From an uncultured Acidobacteriaceae bacterium (lineage in GTDB: Bacteria; Acidobacteriota; Terriglobia; Terriglobales; Acidobacteriaceae), in the NCBI GenBank assembly GCA_963705665.1, contig CAVPKQ010000050.1, positions 3,580 through 67,579 on the forward strand: a DNA stretch of 64,000 nt. The letters are read 5' to 3'. A program made the translations under genes and the position numbers. Below the pieces are notes generated by a model. The model searched no databases. It was given only the letters and a program-made list of their open reading frames with translations, and was not told the origin of the DNA. Shown here one piece after another: positions 35,451 to 44,915 of this stretch. Positions within the stretch are counted from its first letter, which is position 1. Each line of letters starts with the position of its first letter.

Positions 35451-38400
35451 CTAGAAGACATACTTCAGCGCAATTTGCATAATACGAGGGTCGTTCGAGG
35501 TTAGAACGACGCCGAAATTCGGCGAAGTGAAAGTACCGCTCGGGTTGGCGAAGGTTGGATGATTCAGCGCATTGAACGCCTCCACACGCAGCTCGAGATA
35601 TTGAGGTTTATCGAAGGCCTGAAAGGGGAAATTTCGGAATACCGATAGATCCGCATCATAGCGCCCCGGCCCTTGGAGCGAGTCGCGCCTGGAATTTCCA
35701 TAAGTGCCCGGGGTGTTTGCGCTAAACGCCTTGGTATTGAACCATGTTTTCAGCGTTGGGTGCGCCAGGTTGGGATTTCCCTTCACGTTAGGCCTATCGA
35801 AGCCAACGCCGGTCAACGACGCGTCCGTCCCGGTGGAGGGAGTGAACCACAGACCGGTGTGCGCGGTTACGATCGCGCCCAACTGCCAGTCGGCAAGCAG
35901 CCGCCAAGCCCAATTTCCCGTAAAGTGAGGCGTACCGGCGACTAGCGACGTATTGAAGATCTGGCGCTGATCCGTCACGCAGTTTCCCCGGTCGCCTGCG
36001 CGATCATAAGGGTTTTGATATGAATTTGTAATCTCCGATATGATTGCGCCGTCACTGAGGCAGTGCGACCAGGTGTAGTTGATGAGCAGGCTGAGGTTCC
36101 TCGTCAAACGGTGGTTCAGAGTGGCAAGCATGGCGTGATAAGACGAATTGCCGCCGTCGTCGACCAGGATAATTGAGCTGAAGGCGCTTCCCGCCTGAGG
36201 GTTGATCCGGGCCAGAACGCGCCTGCTATTCGTATTCGCAACTGTGGAGCAGTTCGTTTTGCCGCATACGCCGGGAATATAGACCGCCGGATCCTGCTGG
36301 GTCTGGAACCAGAGATGCGTTCCCTTATTGCCTACATAGTTGAGAGAGAACATCCAGTTCGAGCCTCACCTGCTGCTGCAGGCTCAGGTTCCATTGCTGC
36401 AAGTAAGAGGAGCGGATATGCAGCGGAAGGTTTGCATATTGACCCTCTGAGGCAAAACTCGCATTTGCCGTCGGAGGGATGGGCAAGGGGAACGGATTGC
36501 CACCCGGATAGTCGAGATAAGGATTGCCAAATCCGCCGGAGGGATTATTGAGCGTGATCGCGCTTGCCCAAGGCGGCCCAAAGCCGAAGCGATCGAAGTA
36601 TTGCTGCGGTGGCAGGTCATAGAGTATCCCGTACCCGGCGCGCACGATGGTTTCCGCATTTCCGTGTGCATCCCAGACTACGCCGGCTCGGGGAGCGAGA
36701 TTGACGAATCGCTTGCTTGTGCCCGCGCGGGGAAAGCCTGCATCGCCTGGGAAGGAAAGTCCGGGCGCCGCGTTTTGAAAGACCTGGCTCTTTGTCCCGG
36801 CAATAAAGGACGGCAAATCGAAATGCGTTGCCCGCTTCTGCGTCTCGACTTCCGGAAGATAGGGCTCCCACCGCAGACCGAGGTTGACACTGAGGCGAGG
36901 GCTGAATCGTATCTTGTCGGAGCCATACAGCCCGAGATAATTTTGCACGTAGTCGAGCAAGGTCAGGTTTCCCTGGATGAACGAGCTGGGCAGACCTAAT
37001 AACAGATCGGTCAGCGCATAGCCTGTGGCTTGCCCATTAAAGCTAAAGCTCGCATCTTGTTGAGTCGAAGTCTGGTAGCTCGTAGTACGCCGGATCCACT
37101 CACCGCCGAAAGCAATCTGATGACGCCCTTTGACCAGATCGACATCGTCGGCAAATTGCCTGCTGCCGCTATAGACATGCGCATGAGAACAGGTTCCACA
37201 GAAAGTATTAAAGAAACCGGTGACGCCTATTTGCGGAAAATTGCCGGGGGAATCCGCCACATTGAGGCCGATATCCTGAATGGTAGGCAGCCCGGACGCG
37301 GGACCGCGGTTAACGTGTTCGCGGATCCATGTGAAATGAAAAGCATTGATAGCGGCCGGCGCCAGAGTGTAGGAATCCCCAAGGACCAGCGACTGAACGG
37401 TATCGTTGACTCCGGGATTCTGCGTCAGCAATAGATCGTTGTTGTTATAGACCGCGGGATTGCTGTCATTGGTGTAGAAATAGCGCCCGAAGAGCGAATG
37501 GCGCTGGGACTGAGTCCAATCGATCCGACCGATGTATTGGTTCTCGTTGGAGTTATTGGTGATTTTATAAAGTATCTTGCCGCAGGGATCGCTACTCGAT
37601 GGAATATATTTCAGCAGATTGAGCGCCTGTGGGCTGAATCTGGATACCGGTATTTGCTTATTCGGAAATGCCTGGTTGGTCGTGGGATCGTTGATGGTGT
37701 TCGGCACCGTGCCGCACCCGCTGAAATCCCCCTGAAGTTCCCGGGCGGTGGGAACAAACGAAGTTGTGGTCGGCGGCGCGGTATGGATGACGGTCCCTTG
37801 GTAGCCGCCAAAGAAGAAAAGCCGATTGCGCAGAATGGGTCCCCCAAGCGTGCCCCCGTATTGGTTCCGCTTCAGTTGATCCACACTGTGTGCAAAGTAG
37901 GGAATAGCGTTTACGGCTCCGTTGCGCAGAAATTCAAAAAGGTCTCCGTGAAATCCATTCGTGCCCGATTTGGTCACGATGTTGACAACTCCGCCGGCGC
38001 GGCCGCCATAACTGGCCGGGATGGCGTTTGTCTGCACGCTGAACTCTTGCAAGGCATCGGGAAACGGGATGGGGAGGTTGATGGCGCCGAAGGCATCATT
38101 GTGATCTCCGCCATCCATGAGGTAGACCGTGCCGTTGGCCTGGCCTCCGGCGATCGCGATGGTGGTTGAGGAAGGATAATTTTTGCTGCTGGCGAGGTCG
38201 CTGGGAGGAGCCGTCACCGCGGCGCCGGAGAGCAGGATAAGCTGCGTCGGCTGCCTGCCATTCAGAGGCAGATCCACGACGCTCTGATCGTTGATCACCT
38301 GGGAGATGCCGGTGGTCTGCGTCTCCGCCATAACGGCATTGCCATGGACCTCGACCTGCTGTGACACCGCGCCCACCTGGAGCACTACATTGATGGTCGG

Positions 38401-38730
38401 GTTGGTGTTGACCTGCAAAACGACACCGTCCTGCCGCGAGGTCTTAAAGCCTGGAGCGCTTACCTCGATCCGGTAAGGACCGATAGGCAGGTTGGTAAGC
38501 ACATAGGAGCCGTCGGAGCTGCTGACAGTGGACCGGGTAAATCCGGTATCCGTCTGCAACGCCTTGATCTGAGCGTTGGGAACGGCCGCGCCAGAAGCGT
38601 CCTGAATCGTTCCAGCAATCCGATCGACAACGGTTGCCTGCGCATGGGATCGGAGGGGCGGGGAGAGGAACAGAACAAGGGCGGCGGCAGCGAGCGCCCG
38701 GCTCAACTCGCTAATCCAATGGATTCGCAT
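35451..38730 (-). pseudogene. TonB-dependent receptor with an N-terminal carboxypeptidase-regulatory-like domain, interrupted by a 1-nt frameshift
   Basis: A GGAGGA RBS precedes the ATG at 38730 and a signal peptide (MRIHWISELSRALAAAALVLFLSPPLRSHAQ). ORF 36325..38790 ends ...SSYLQQWNLSLQQQV then RLELDV.... The barrel continues in another frame as GSNWMFSLNYVGNKGTHLW...ALKYVF (ORF 35451..36353). Deleting the single A at 36366 (minus strand) joins the frames. Confidence 0.85.
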
Positions 38731-38871
38731 TTCAGTGTCCTCCAAGGAATAATTCGGGCGCTCACATACACGGAGCAGCTCGGCGGCCAATTTTAGGCGC
38801 GGTGAAATCGCGCTCCATGACTCGATAGCTGCCTAATGTACACTACGGTTTTTACCGCTGTCAATAAAAAC

Positions 38872-38881
38872 GAAACGTTTC
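38872..38881. promoter_or_regulatory. Candidate LacI-family operator (perfect palindrome GAAACGTTTC)
   Basis: It lies between the LacI-family stop (38887) and the TonB-receptor start (38730). The core fits the AANCGNTT-type LacI operator consensus. Confidence 0.35.
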
Positions 38882-38886
38882 AGAAG

Positions 38887-39939
38887 CTACTTGACGGCAG
38901 GTTTCCGCGGAGTGGAAGCCGCCGCTCGCGCAGTGGACTCCCTGACCCGCAGTTCCGGCTTCAGAAGTACCTGGCGGGGGGCGCCGGGAGAGTCTTCTGT
39001 TTTGCTCTCAACCCTGTCGAGAAGCAATTGCATCGCCCGGCGGCCCAACTCGCGCGCCGGCTGAGCCACGGTGGTGAGCCGTGGATGAAAGTTCTCCGTC
39101 CAGGAAAAATCGTCGAATCCCACCACGCTGATCTCTTCAGGGCAGCGCACTTGAGCCTCATTCATAGCCCGCACAAAGCCCAGCAACAGCTTGTTGTTGG
39201 TGCAAAAAACCGCGGTTGGCGGGTCGGGCAGATTGAACAATCTCCGGCCAAACTCATAGCCGGTGTGGGGCTGCATCCCTCCCAGCAGGGAGTGATCGTC
39301 GAGCGCCGGCAAGCGGGCATCGGCCACGGCCTTGCGGAATCCTTCCAATCGCCGCGAATGCGTGGATAATTCGGTTCTCCCGGCGAGAACCACGATCCGC
39401 TTATGGCCCAGCTCAATCAGGTGACGAGTTGCCTCATAGGCGCCCGAGAAGTTGTCCGTCGCCGCCGTATCTCCTCGGAAGCCGGGCGGGATACGATCGA
39501 AACAGACAATGGGAAAGCGGCGGCGCATGAGCCGGTCGAAGGAGATCCCAGGATCGGAACAGGCGATCAGCACTCCGTCTACCCGATGGCTGAAGAGAAT
39601 ATTCAGTTGTTGCTGTTCTTGCTCTGCATCCTCGTTCGCGTTGCACAGAATCACGGAGTAGCGGCTGGCGCGGGCAATCTCCTCTGCCCCAACAATGACC
39701 TCCGGATAAAAAGGATTCGTCACGTCAGGCAGAATCATGCCGACAACTTGGGTTCGGCCGGTCTTGAGACTTCGAGCGATCTGATCGGCATGATAATCCA
39801 AGGCCTCCATCGCCTGGCGAACCCGTTCCGCTCGCTTGAGACTAACTCCCGCTGTGCCGTTCGCGACCGCTGAAACTGTGGCGACGGAAACCTCCGCCAA
39901 ACGCGCCACATCCTTCATCGTGGGCGCATTCTTCTTCAT
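38887..39939 (-). CDS. LacI-family transcriptional regulator
   Basis: MKKNAPTMKDVARLAEVSVATVSAVANGTAGVSLKRAERVRQAMEALDYHADQIARSLKTGRT followed by a sugar-binding fold. The longer ORF-track N-terminus (to 40287) overlaps the MFS gene and is discounted. Confidence 0.9.
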   Translation of the reverse strand: MKKNAPTMKDVARLAEVSVATVSAVANGTAGVSLKRAERVRQAMEALDYHADQIARSLKTGRTQVVGMILPDVTNPFYPEVIVGAEEIARASRYSVILCNANEDAEQEQQQLNILFSHRVDGVLIACSDPGISFDRLMRRRFPIVCFDRIPPGFRGDTAATDNFSGAYEATRHLIELGHKRIVVLAGRTELSTHSRRLEGFRKAVADARLPALDDHSLLGGMQPHTGYEFGRRLFNLPDPPTAVFCTNNKLLLGFVRAMNEAQVRCPEEISVVGFDDFSWTENFHPRLTTVAQPARELGRRAMQLLLDRVESKTEDSPGAPRQVLLKPELRVRESTARAAASTPRKPAVK

Positions 39940-40168
39940 GATCACCCTCATGAAACGATTTGAAGATCCTTGAGCGGCGGGCGCGAGATCTCCTGAACCC
40001 GGCTGCGCCTTCCGCCTTCGCATTATTGCATTCGGCCGATGTAAAAGAGAATGTCTTTGTGGCGAAGGAGCTCGCCGCAGCAATCTCGAGGGTTGTTCCC
40101 TTAACGTTTCAATTCTATCGCCATTGGAAGGGCGAAAGCGCACGAGACCAGACGCCTTGCTTCGTTGA

Positions 40169-41470
40169 CTATTCTCCAGCCGCGAGACCGCTGCTGACGA
40201 TCCCAGTTTCACCTGGTGACCGGAGATCTCCCACGATGAACCAGTAGCACAAAATGCCCGCGAGCAAAGTGACCGCGGCCAGCGCAAATCCAGGCGCGTA
40301 GGAACCGGTCCGGCTGATCAGGAAGCCGGTGAGCAGGGGCGCCAAAACGCCGCCCAGGTTTCCCGCAAAATTCTCAAAGCCGGTCCACAGACCCACGTCT
40401 TCGTGTGGGGCACAGCACTGGAGGATGACTAATAGATTGCCGGTTGCCAGTCCTACCAGCGACGCGCCGGCGATGAGCGCCACGGCGACGTTGGCGCTAT
40501 GCACGCGGGAAGCGGGAATCAGCAGCAATCCGGTAAGGAACGCCACCGCCACAATCCCTTTGCGGGTTCGCGTTTCACTCCAGCCGTGCAGGATAAGCCG
40601 GTCCGCAATCCAGCCGCCCAGAGGTTCGCTGGCGCCAAATACGAAAAAAGGCAGTGAGGCGAAAAAGCCAGCCCGCAAAATAGTGAAGTGCCGCACCGTC
40701 ACCAGGTAGTCCGGAAGCCAGGTGACAAAGAGGTACCAGTAGTAATCGAAGCAGAAGAAGCCGAGGCAGATACCGATGAGATTGCGATTGCGAAGCAACG
40801 ATCGCAGATGCTGGCCGGTAATCCGGGGCGCCGAAGCCGGCCGGCGGCGCGACTCAAGCCGGCCGCGTGTGGCCAACAACCATGGGATAAGCCACAACAG
40901 CGCCGCAAACCCGATCAGCCGGAAGGTCAAGCGCCAGCCCCAGTGAACCAGCAGCCAAGGGACGGTCAGGCCGCCGAGCACCAGGCCCATGCGCGTGCCG
41001 AAGTCGAAGATCCCGCACGGCAGGCCGCGCTCTGCGGGCCCGAACAGCAGGCTCACAATCTTGGTTCCACCCGGCAGATAGATCGATTCGCCCACGCCCA
41101 GCAGCAGCCGAAACAAGATCAGCACCCCAAGGCTCCCGGCGAAACCGGTAAAACCTTGGCCCAATGACCATAGGGCGAAAGCCGCGGCGTAGAGCCAGCG
41201 CAGGTTGACCCGATCGACGGCCCAGCCGATGGGGATTTGCATGAGGGCGTAAGACCAGAAAAAGGCGGAAAGCAAGAGGCCCTTGCTCTCCGGCCCCAGC
41301 ACCAGGTCTCTCGAGACCAGCGGCAAGGCCAGCGAGATGGTGGACCGGTCCAGGTAATTGATCAAAGAAGCTGCGAACAGCAACCCCACGATCGTCCAGC
41401 GGCCGGACTTGACAGCCGCAGCAGCGCGCAAAGCAGGATTCTCTTGGTCTTGGCGAGCGTTCGTCGTCAT
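40169..41470 (-). CDS. MFS transporter (acid-sugar/anion:cation symporter-like)
   Basis: WTIVGLLFAASLINYLDRSTISLALPLVSRDL..., 12 hydrophobic segments, LLLGVGESIYLPGG. Confidence 0.88.
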   Translation of the reverse strand: MTTNARQDQENPALRAAAAVKSGRWTIVGLLFAASLINYLDRSTISLALPLVSRDLVLGPESKGLLLSAFFWSYALMQIPIGWAVDRVNLRWLYAAAFALWSLGQGFTGFAGSLGVLILFRLLLGVGESIYLPGGTKIVSLLFGPAERGLPCGIFDFGTRMGLVLGGLTVPWLLVHWGWRLTFRLIGFAALLWLIPWLLATRGRLESRRRPASAPRITGQHLRSLLRNRNLIGICLGFFCFDYYWYLFVTWLPDYLVTVRHFTILRAGFFASLPFFVFGASEPLGGWIADRLILHGWSETRTRKGIVAVAFLTGLLLIPASRVHSANVAVALIAGASLVGLATGNLLVILQCCAPHEDVGLWTGFENFAGNLGGVLAPLLTGFLISRTGSYAPGFALAAVTLLAGILCYWFIVGDLRSPGETGIVSSGLAAGE

Positions 41471-41692
41471 GGTTTACCAGCGCAGCGCAAAAGCGGCAAC
41501 TACTCCTTGATCCTACAATCACTTGAAAGCGCCAGCCAAAAACTGGCCGTTCGACAGGCCAGATCGCCGAAGTCCGGATAGTTGCCAAGAGGCTGTGGAA
41601 CCGTGATCTGATAGCTACGATTGGGCAGCGCGTTGTTTTTGACCGGGCAACGCAAATCGCTACAATTGGTCATAGAGAAAGGGAAATCGGCC

Positions 41693-41944
41693 ATGATGAT
41701 CGAACTCCCAGAGAAGCTTGAAGCGGCCCTGAAGGTCCAAGCTAACGCGCATGGAATCTCCCCAGCCGGTTATGTGTGTGAGGTTCTTGAACGCGACCTC
41801 GCTTCCTCACTAGAAGGCAACTCATCGAGCGTTCCGTTTAAGACGGGGCGGGGCATGTTTGCCAAATATGGACAGGCTCCATCTACCGAGGAAATCGACG
41901 CTAACCGCACCGATATGTTCCAGAACTTCGGCAAACACTTTTGA
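41693..41944 (+). CDS. Antitoxin-like protein (VapB-type partner of the downstream PIN gene)
   Basis: MMIELPEKLEAALKVQANAHGISPAGYVCEVLERDL has an RHH-like N-terminus. Its stop overlaps the PIN gene ATG (TGATG). Confidence 0.6.
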   Translation: MMIELPEKLEAALKVQANAHGISPAGYVCEVLERDLASSLEGNSSSVPFKTGRGMFAKYGQAPSTEEIDANRTDMFQNFGKHF

Positions 41945-42345
41945 TGATCGCTGGCGTCGCCGATACCCACACGGCGCTGTGGCATCTATTCGACGACGCC
42001 AGACTGTCGTCTGCCGCCGGAGCTTTCATCAACCAAGCGGCTATCGCAAGACGAAAGATTGCCATTTCAACCATAAGCCTTGCTGAAGTGGTCTATCTAG
42101 TCGAGAAAAACCGCCTGCCTCTTTCGGCATATGAAGAACTGGCGCAAGTACTAGCCGACCCCGAACACGTTTTTACAGAAGCCGTTTTTACGGCTGCTAT
42201 CGTGCACGCCATGCGGCAGGTATCACGCGCTGAAGTTCCGGACATGCCCGACCGTATGGTGGCGGCCACTGCTCTCTATTTCGATGTACCGGTCATTAGC
42301 CGTGACAGCCGCATCCGCGCCGCCAGCCTGAAAACAGTTTGGTAG
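41944..42345 (+). CDS. vapC: PIN-domain ribonuclease toxin (VapC-like)
   Basis: MIAGVADTHTALWHL...ISTISLAEVVYL...DMPDRMVAATALYFDVPVISRDSRI shows the PIN acidic residues D, E, D, D in the canonical order. Confidence 0.8.
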   Translation: MIAGVADTHTALWHLFDDARLSSAAGAFINQAAIARRKIAISTISLAEVVYLVEKNRLPLSAYEELAQVLADPEHVFTEAVFTAAIVHAMRQVSRAEVPDMPDRMVAATALYFDVPVISRDSRIRAASLKTVW

Positions 42346-42369
42346 CGGGGCCTTACGGACCAATAAAAC

Positions 42370-42443
42370 AGGCCCTTGCTCTCCGGCCCCAGCACCAGGT
42401 CTCTAGAGACCAGCGGCAAGACGAGCGAGATAGTGGACCGGTC
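42370..42443 (-). pseudogene. 74-nt fragment duplicating the 5' coding region of the MFS gene (copy of 41278-41351)
   Basis: 70/74 nt identical to 41278-41351. It translates as DRSTISLVLPLVSRDLVLGPESKG versus DRSTISLALPLVSRDLVLGPESKG in the intact gene. Similarity stops abruptly on both sides. Confidence 0.8.
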
Positions 42444-42529
42444 CTTGCCAATGGACTGTGAATCTTGCGACGGAGAGTAAATAGGTGCAATGGCCAGAAA
42501 GCCATGGTTCGCACCAAAGCGGTTCGGGT

Positions 42530-42721
42530 ATGGAGCCTCGCCCGGTCACCTGGCAAGGATGGGCGGCAACGGCCCTTTTCATCGCTATGATGGTATTAGA
42601 TGTCGTGCTGCTTCGGGGCATCCAGCGATGGGTTGGCGGACTTTTGCTTGTCGCGGTCTTGGTCGGTCTGGCTTACATGAAGAGCAGCGGCGAATGGCGC
42701 TGGCGATCAGGCAAAGATTAA
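42530..42721 (+). CDS. Hypothetical small membrane protein (two hydrophobic segments)
   Basis: MEPRPVTWQGWAATALFIAMMVLDVVLLRGIQRWVGGLLLVAVLVGLAYM. There is no recognised family and only a weak RBS. Confidence 0.3.
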   Translation: MEPRPVTWQGWAATALFIAMMVLDVVLLRGIQRWVGGLLLVAVLVGLAYMKSSGEWRWRSGKD

Positions 42722-42749
42722 GGCAAGTAACCGCAAATCTCCTTACGCT

Positions 42750-42861
42750 GTCGAAAGCTATTCTGCAAAACCTGGGTGCCCCATATCTGGCGCGCTCTTT
42801 GCGCCAGATGTGGGAAACCGCAGATCTCTCCACTCCGCTGCGCTTCGGTCGAGATGACAAA
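42750..42861 (+). repeat. Composite repeat element (families C+B), third full copy
   Basis: gtcgaaagctattctgcaaaacctgggtgccccatatctggcgcgctctttgcgccagatgtgggaaaccgcagatctctccactccgctgcgcttcggtcgagatgacaaa is about 93% identical to 34887-35000. Confidence 0.85.
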
Positions 42862-42873
42862 TTAGCTGGGGCG

Positions 42874-43920
42874 TTACTGTCCGGCCGGTTCTGGCACAGT
42901 CGCGTGGCAATAGGAACAACTCCGGTTGGGAACAGCCAGAGGCGGATCATTTGACGGATCGCTATCGGCATAGAGTGCCGCCCGGGCACTGAGGTCGGAA
43001 TTTTCCAGTTGCTCCAGGTAGCTCCGGTAAGGCCATTCCGCATAGTGATCGGCGTATCGGGCATCCGCGAAGATAACCTTCGCCGCCTGTATCTGCCCCG
43101 CTTTTACCAACCCACTCCCCAGATTGAGCATGAAACCCTCAAAGCTATGGGGCGCGAGCGTTCCTTCGGACCAGCAGGCTTTCTTTCTACCCGTTGCGGT
43201 CTGAAGGTAGAGATATGGCTTGAGATCGGGATTGGATCTATCGACCGTCGTTCCCGTACACGTATCCAGGGCCTGCCACAGTGAATCGAGCGCTTTCTGG
43301 TAAGTGTCGCTGTCTTTCGGATCGGTGTTGTGCGCAGCCCAACGATTGAAGTTGTTGAACTCCGGGAACTGGTAGGCCGCCATGTCCAGTATCTGATCTC
43401 CCTTTGCAATCGTATCCGGGTCCGCGTTCTGCTGGCCAAGATGCACGGTCGTGATTCCCCAATATCCAGGCAAATGGTCGTCATTGACGTAGCCGATCAA
43501 ATGCTTGCCGTAATAGTCGATATCCAGAGCCTTGCCAAAGAAGCTGACTGCATTGGGAAAATCCTGCTGCAACACGCCCGGATTGGGATGAGGATCCCGT
43601 GAATATTCGCCGATATGCCAAAAATACGTGGCGCCCAGCAAAGCATACAAAGTAGAGTTATCGGGATCGCTCTCGATAGCATTCTGTAACTCCTGTTGCG
43701 TCTGGGGAATTTGAGCGTATTCGTTGCCGTGAAAGACCTTCCAGAATCGCACGATTGCCGCTGAACTTTCATCGCTTTCACCAGGATGATCGTCTTCTCC
43801 GGAACTCATCGAAAATCCCATGGCGGTAAACAACGCCGCGCTCAAGAGCAGAATCAGAGCGATCGACTTGGCATGGGGCCGGTTAAGGATGATCTGACGA
43901 GACAAGCACGCCTTCTTCAT
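42874..43920 (-). CDS. Hypothetical secreted protein with a C-terminal CxxCH motif
   Basis: N-terminal hydrophobic segment (SIALILLLSAALFTAMGF), a helical repeat-like body, and the extreme C-terminus ...NRSCSYCHATVPEPAGQ. It is divergent from a TetR gene. Confidence 0.55.
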   Translation of the reverse strand: MKKACLSRQIILNRPHAKSIALILLLSAALFTAMGFSMSSGEDDHPGESDESSAAIVRFWKVFHGNEYAQIPQTQQELQNAIESDPDNSTLYALLGATYFWHIGEYSRDPHPNPGVLQQDFPNAVSFFGKALDIDYYGKHLIGYVNDDHLPGYWGITTVHLGQQNADPDTIAKGDQILDMAAYQFPEFNNFNRWAAHNTDPKDSDTYQKALDSLWQALDTCTGTTVDRSNPDLKPYLYLQTATGRKKACWSEGTLAPHSFEGFMLNLGSGLVKAGQIQAAKVIFADARYADHYAEWPYRSYLEQLENSDLSARAALYADSDPSNDPPLAVPNRSCSYCHATVPEPAGQ

Positions 43921-44093
43921 TGCGGACCTCTTTCAGATGGAGATGCGGACCAATGTTGACACGAGCAACACGTGATCGTTCTCCAATCATGCATGCTGGA
44001 TGTTGCGACTGTCAACATTGTCCAATGAAAATTTACATTTAGGGCCGCATGTTGCTCCTGCCAACACCCAACGGATAAAATCCTGGTATCGGA

Positions 44094-44687
44094 ATGAAGA
44101 AGCCTAAGCCTTACCATCACGGCAACTTACAAGAGGCTCTCCTCGAGTCAGCCATCTCCCTGATAGCCGAGGCCGGGCCGGCCGGGTTCACCTTGCGTGA
44201 GGTGGCCCGGCGAGCCGGAGTCTCACACAACGCGCCCTATCGCCATTTTCGGGACAAGGACGAGCTTCTGGGGAGGGTAGCCGCTCAAGGGTACAAGGAA
44301 TTGGCAAAGGCGATGACTGAGGCCGCCGCCCGGCACGCTCCTTTGGATGGTCTGAAGCGAGCGGGTCTGGCATATGTCTCCTTCGCCCTGCGCCGGCCTG
44401 AGCATTTCACAGTGATGTTCGATGCGCCGCTTGCCAAAGATTCCCATCCCGAAGCCGCCGAGGCCTCGGAGCGTGCGTTCTCGGTGCTGGTGCAGCTGGT
44501 GGGGGAGTGCCAACAGAAAGGGGAGATCCCGGCCGGGGATCAGCTCGAGTTTGCATTGCTCGCCTGGACGATGGTGCATGGCATCGCGAAGCTGGCTATA
44601 ACTCAGCGACTGCCATATGCTTCAAAATCGGGAATTCTGAGGTTCGCACGTTTCGTGATCGACGAATCACTTCCCGCGAAGGAATGA
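44094..44687 (+). CDS. TetR/AcrR-family transcriptional regulator
   Basis: KPYHHGNLQEALLESAISLIAEAGPAGFTLREVARRAGVSHNAPYRHFRDKDELL. Confidence 0.9.
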   Translation: MKKPKPYHHGNLQEALLESAISLIAEAGPAGFTLREVARRAGVSHNAPYRHFRDKDELLGRVAAQGYKELAKAMTEAAARHAPLDGLKRAGLAYVSFALRRPEHFTVMFDAPLAKDSHPEAAEASERAFSVLVQLVGECQQKGEIPAGDQLEFALLAWTMVHGIAKLAITQRLPYASKSGILRFARFVIDESLPAKE

Positions 44688-44915
44688 GAAACCCGCCCGC
44701 CTAGGAAACGAGCGCCCATCGCCAGGGAATTTTGCATTAAACTACAAAGTTCAGAATTTCAGCCAAATCGACTTCCTCACATCCTCCTGTCCCGGAAATT
44801 TTCCAGATGGCTCGTCCCGAGTAAGGGACGAAAATCACGGCGCGTGGATTCGGGGCGGAGTGGAAGTCGCTCGCGAAGGCAGTTTCATTCAAGAGATATT
44901 CCAGGAAAGGAACTC

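Noticed and set aside
36325-36370. Programmed ribosomal frameshifting as an explanation for the split TonB receptor (and likewise for the enolase-family and PLC-like genes).
   Set aside because: No slippery heptamer or downstream stimulatory structure is seen at the sites. These families are not known to use recoding. Simple 1-nt indels explain all the cases.
38887-40287. The 466-aa version of the LacI-family ORF with a ~115-aa N-terminal extension.
   Set aside because: The extension overlaps the 3' end of the MFS gene and has no HTH or other motif. The canonical LacI HTH begins right after the internal Met (MKKNAPTMKDVARLAEVS).
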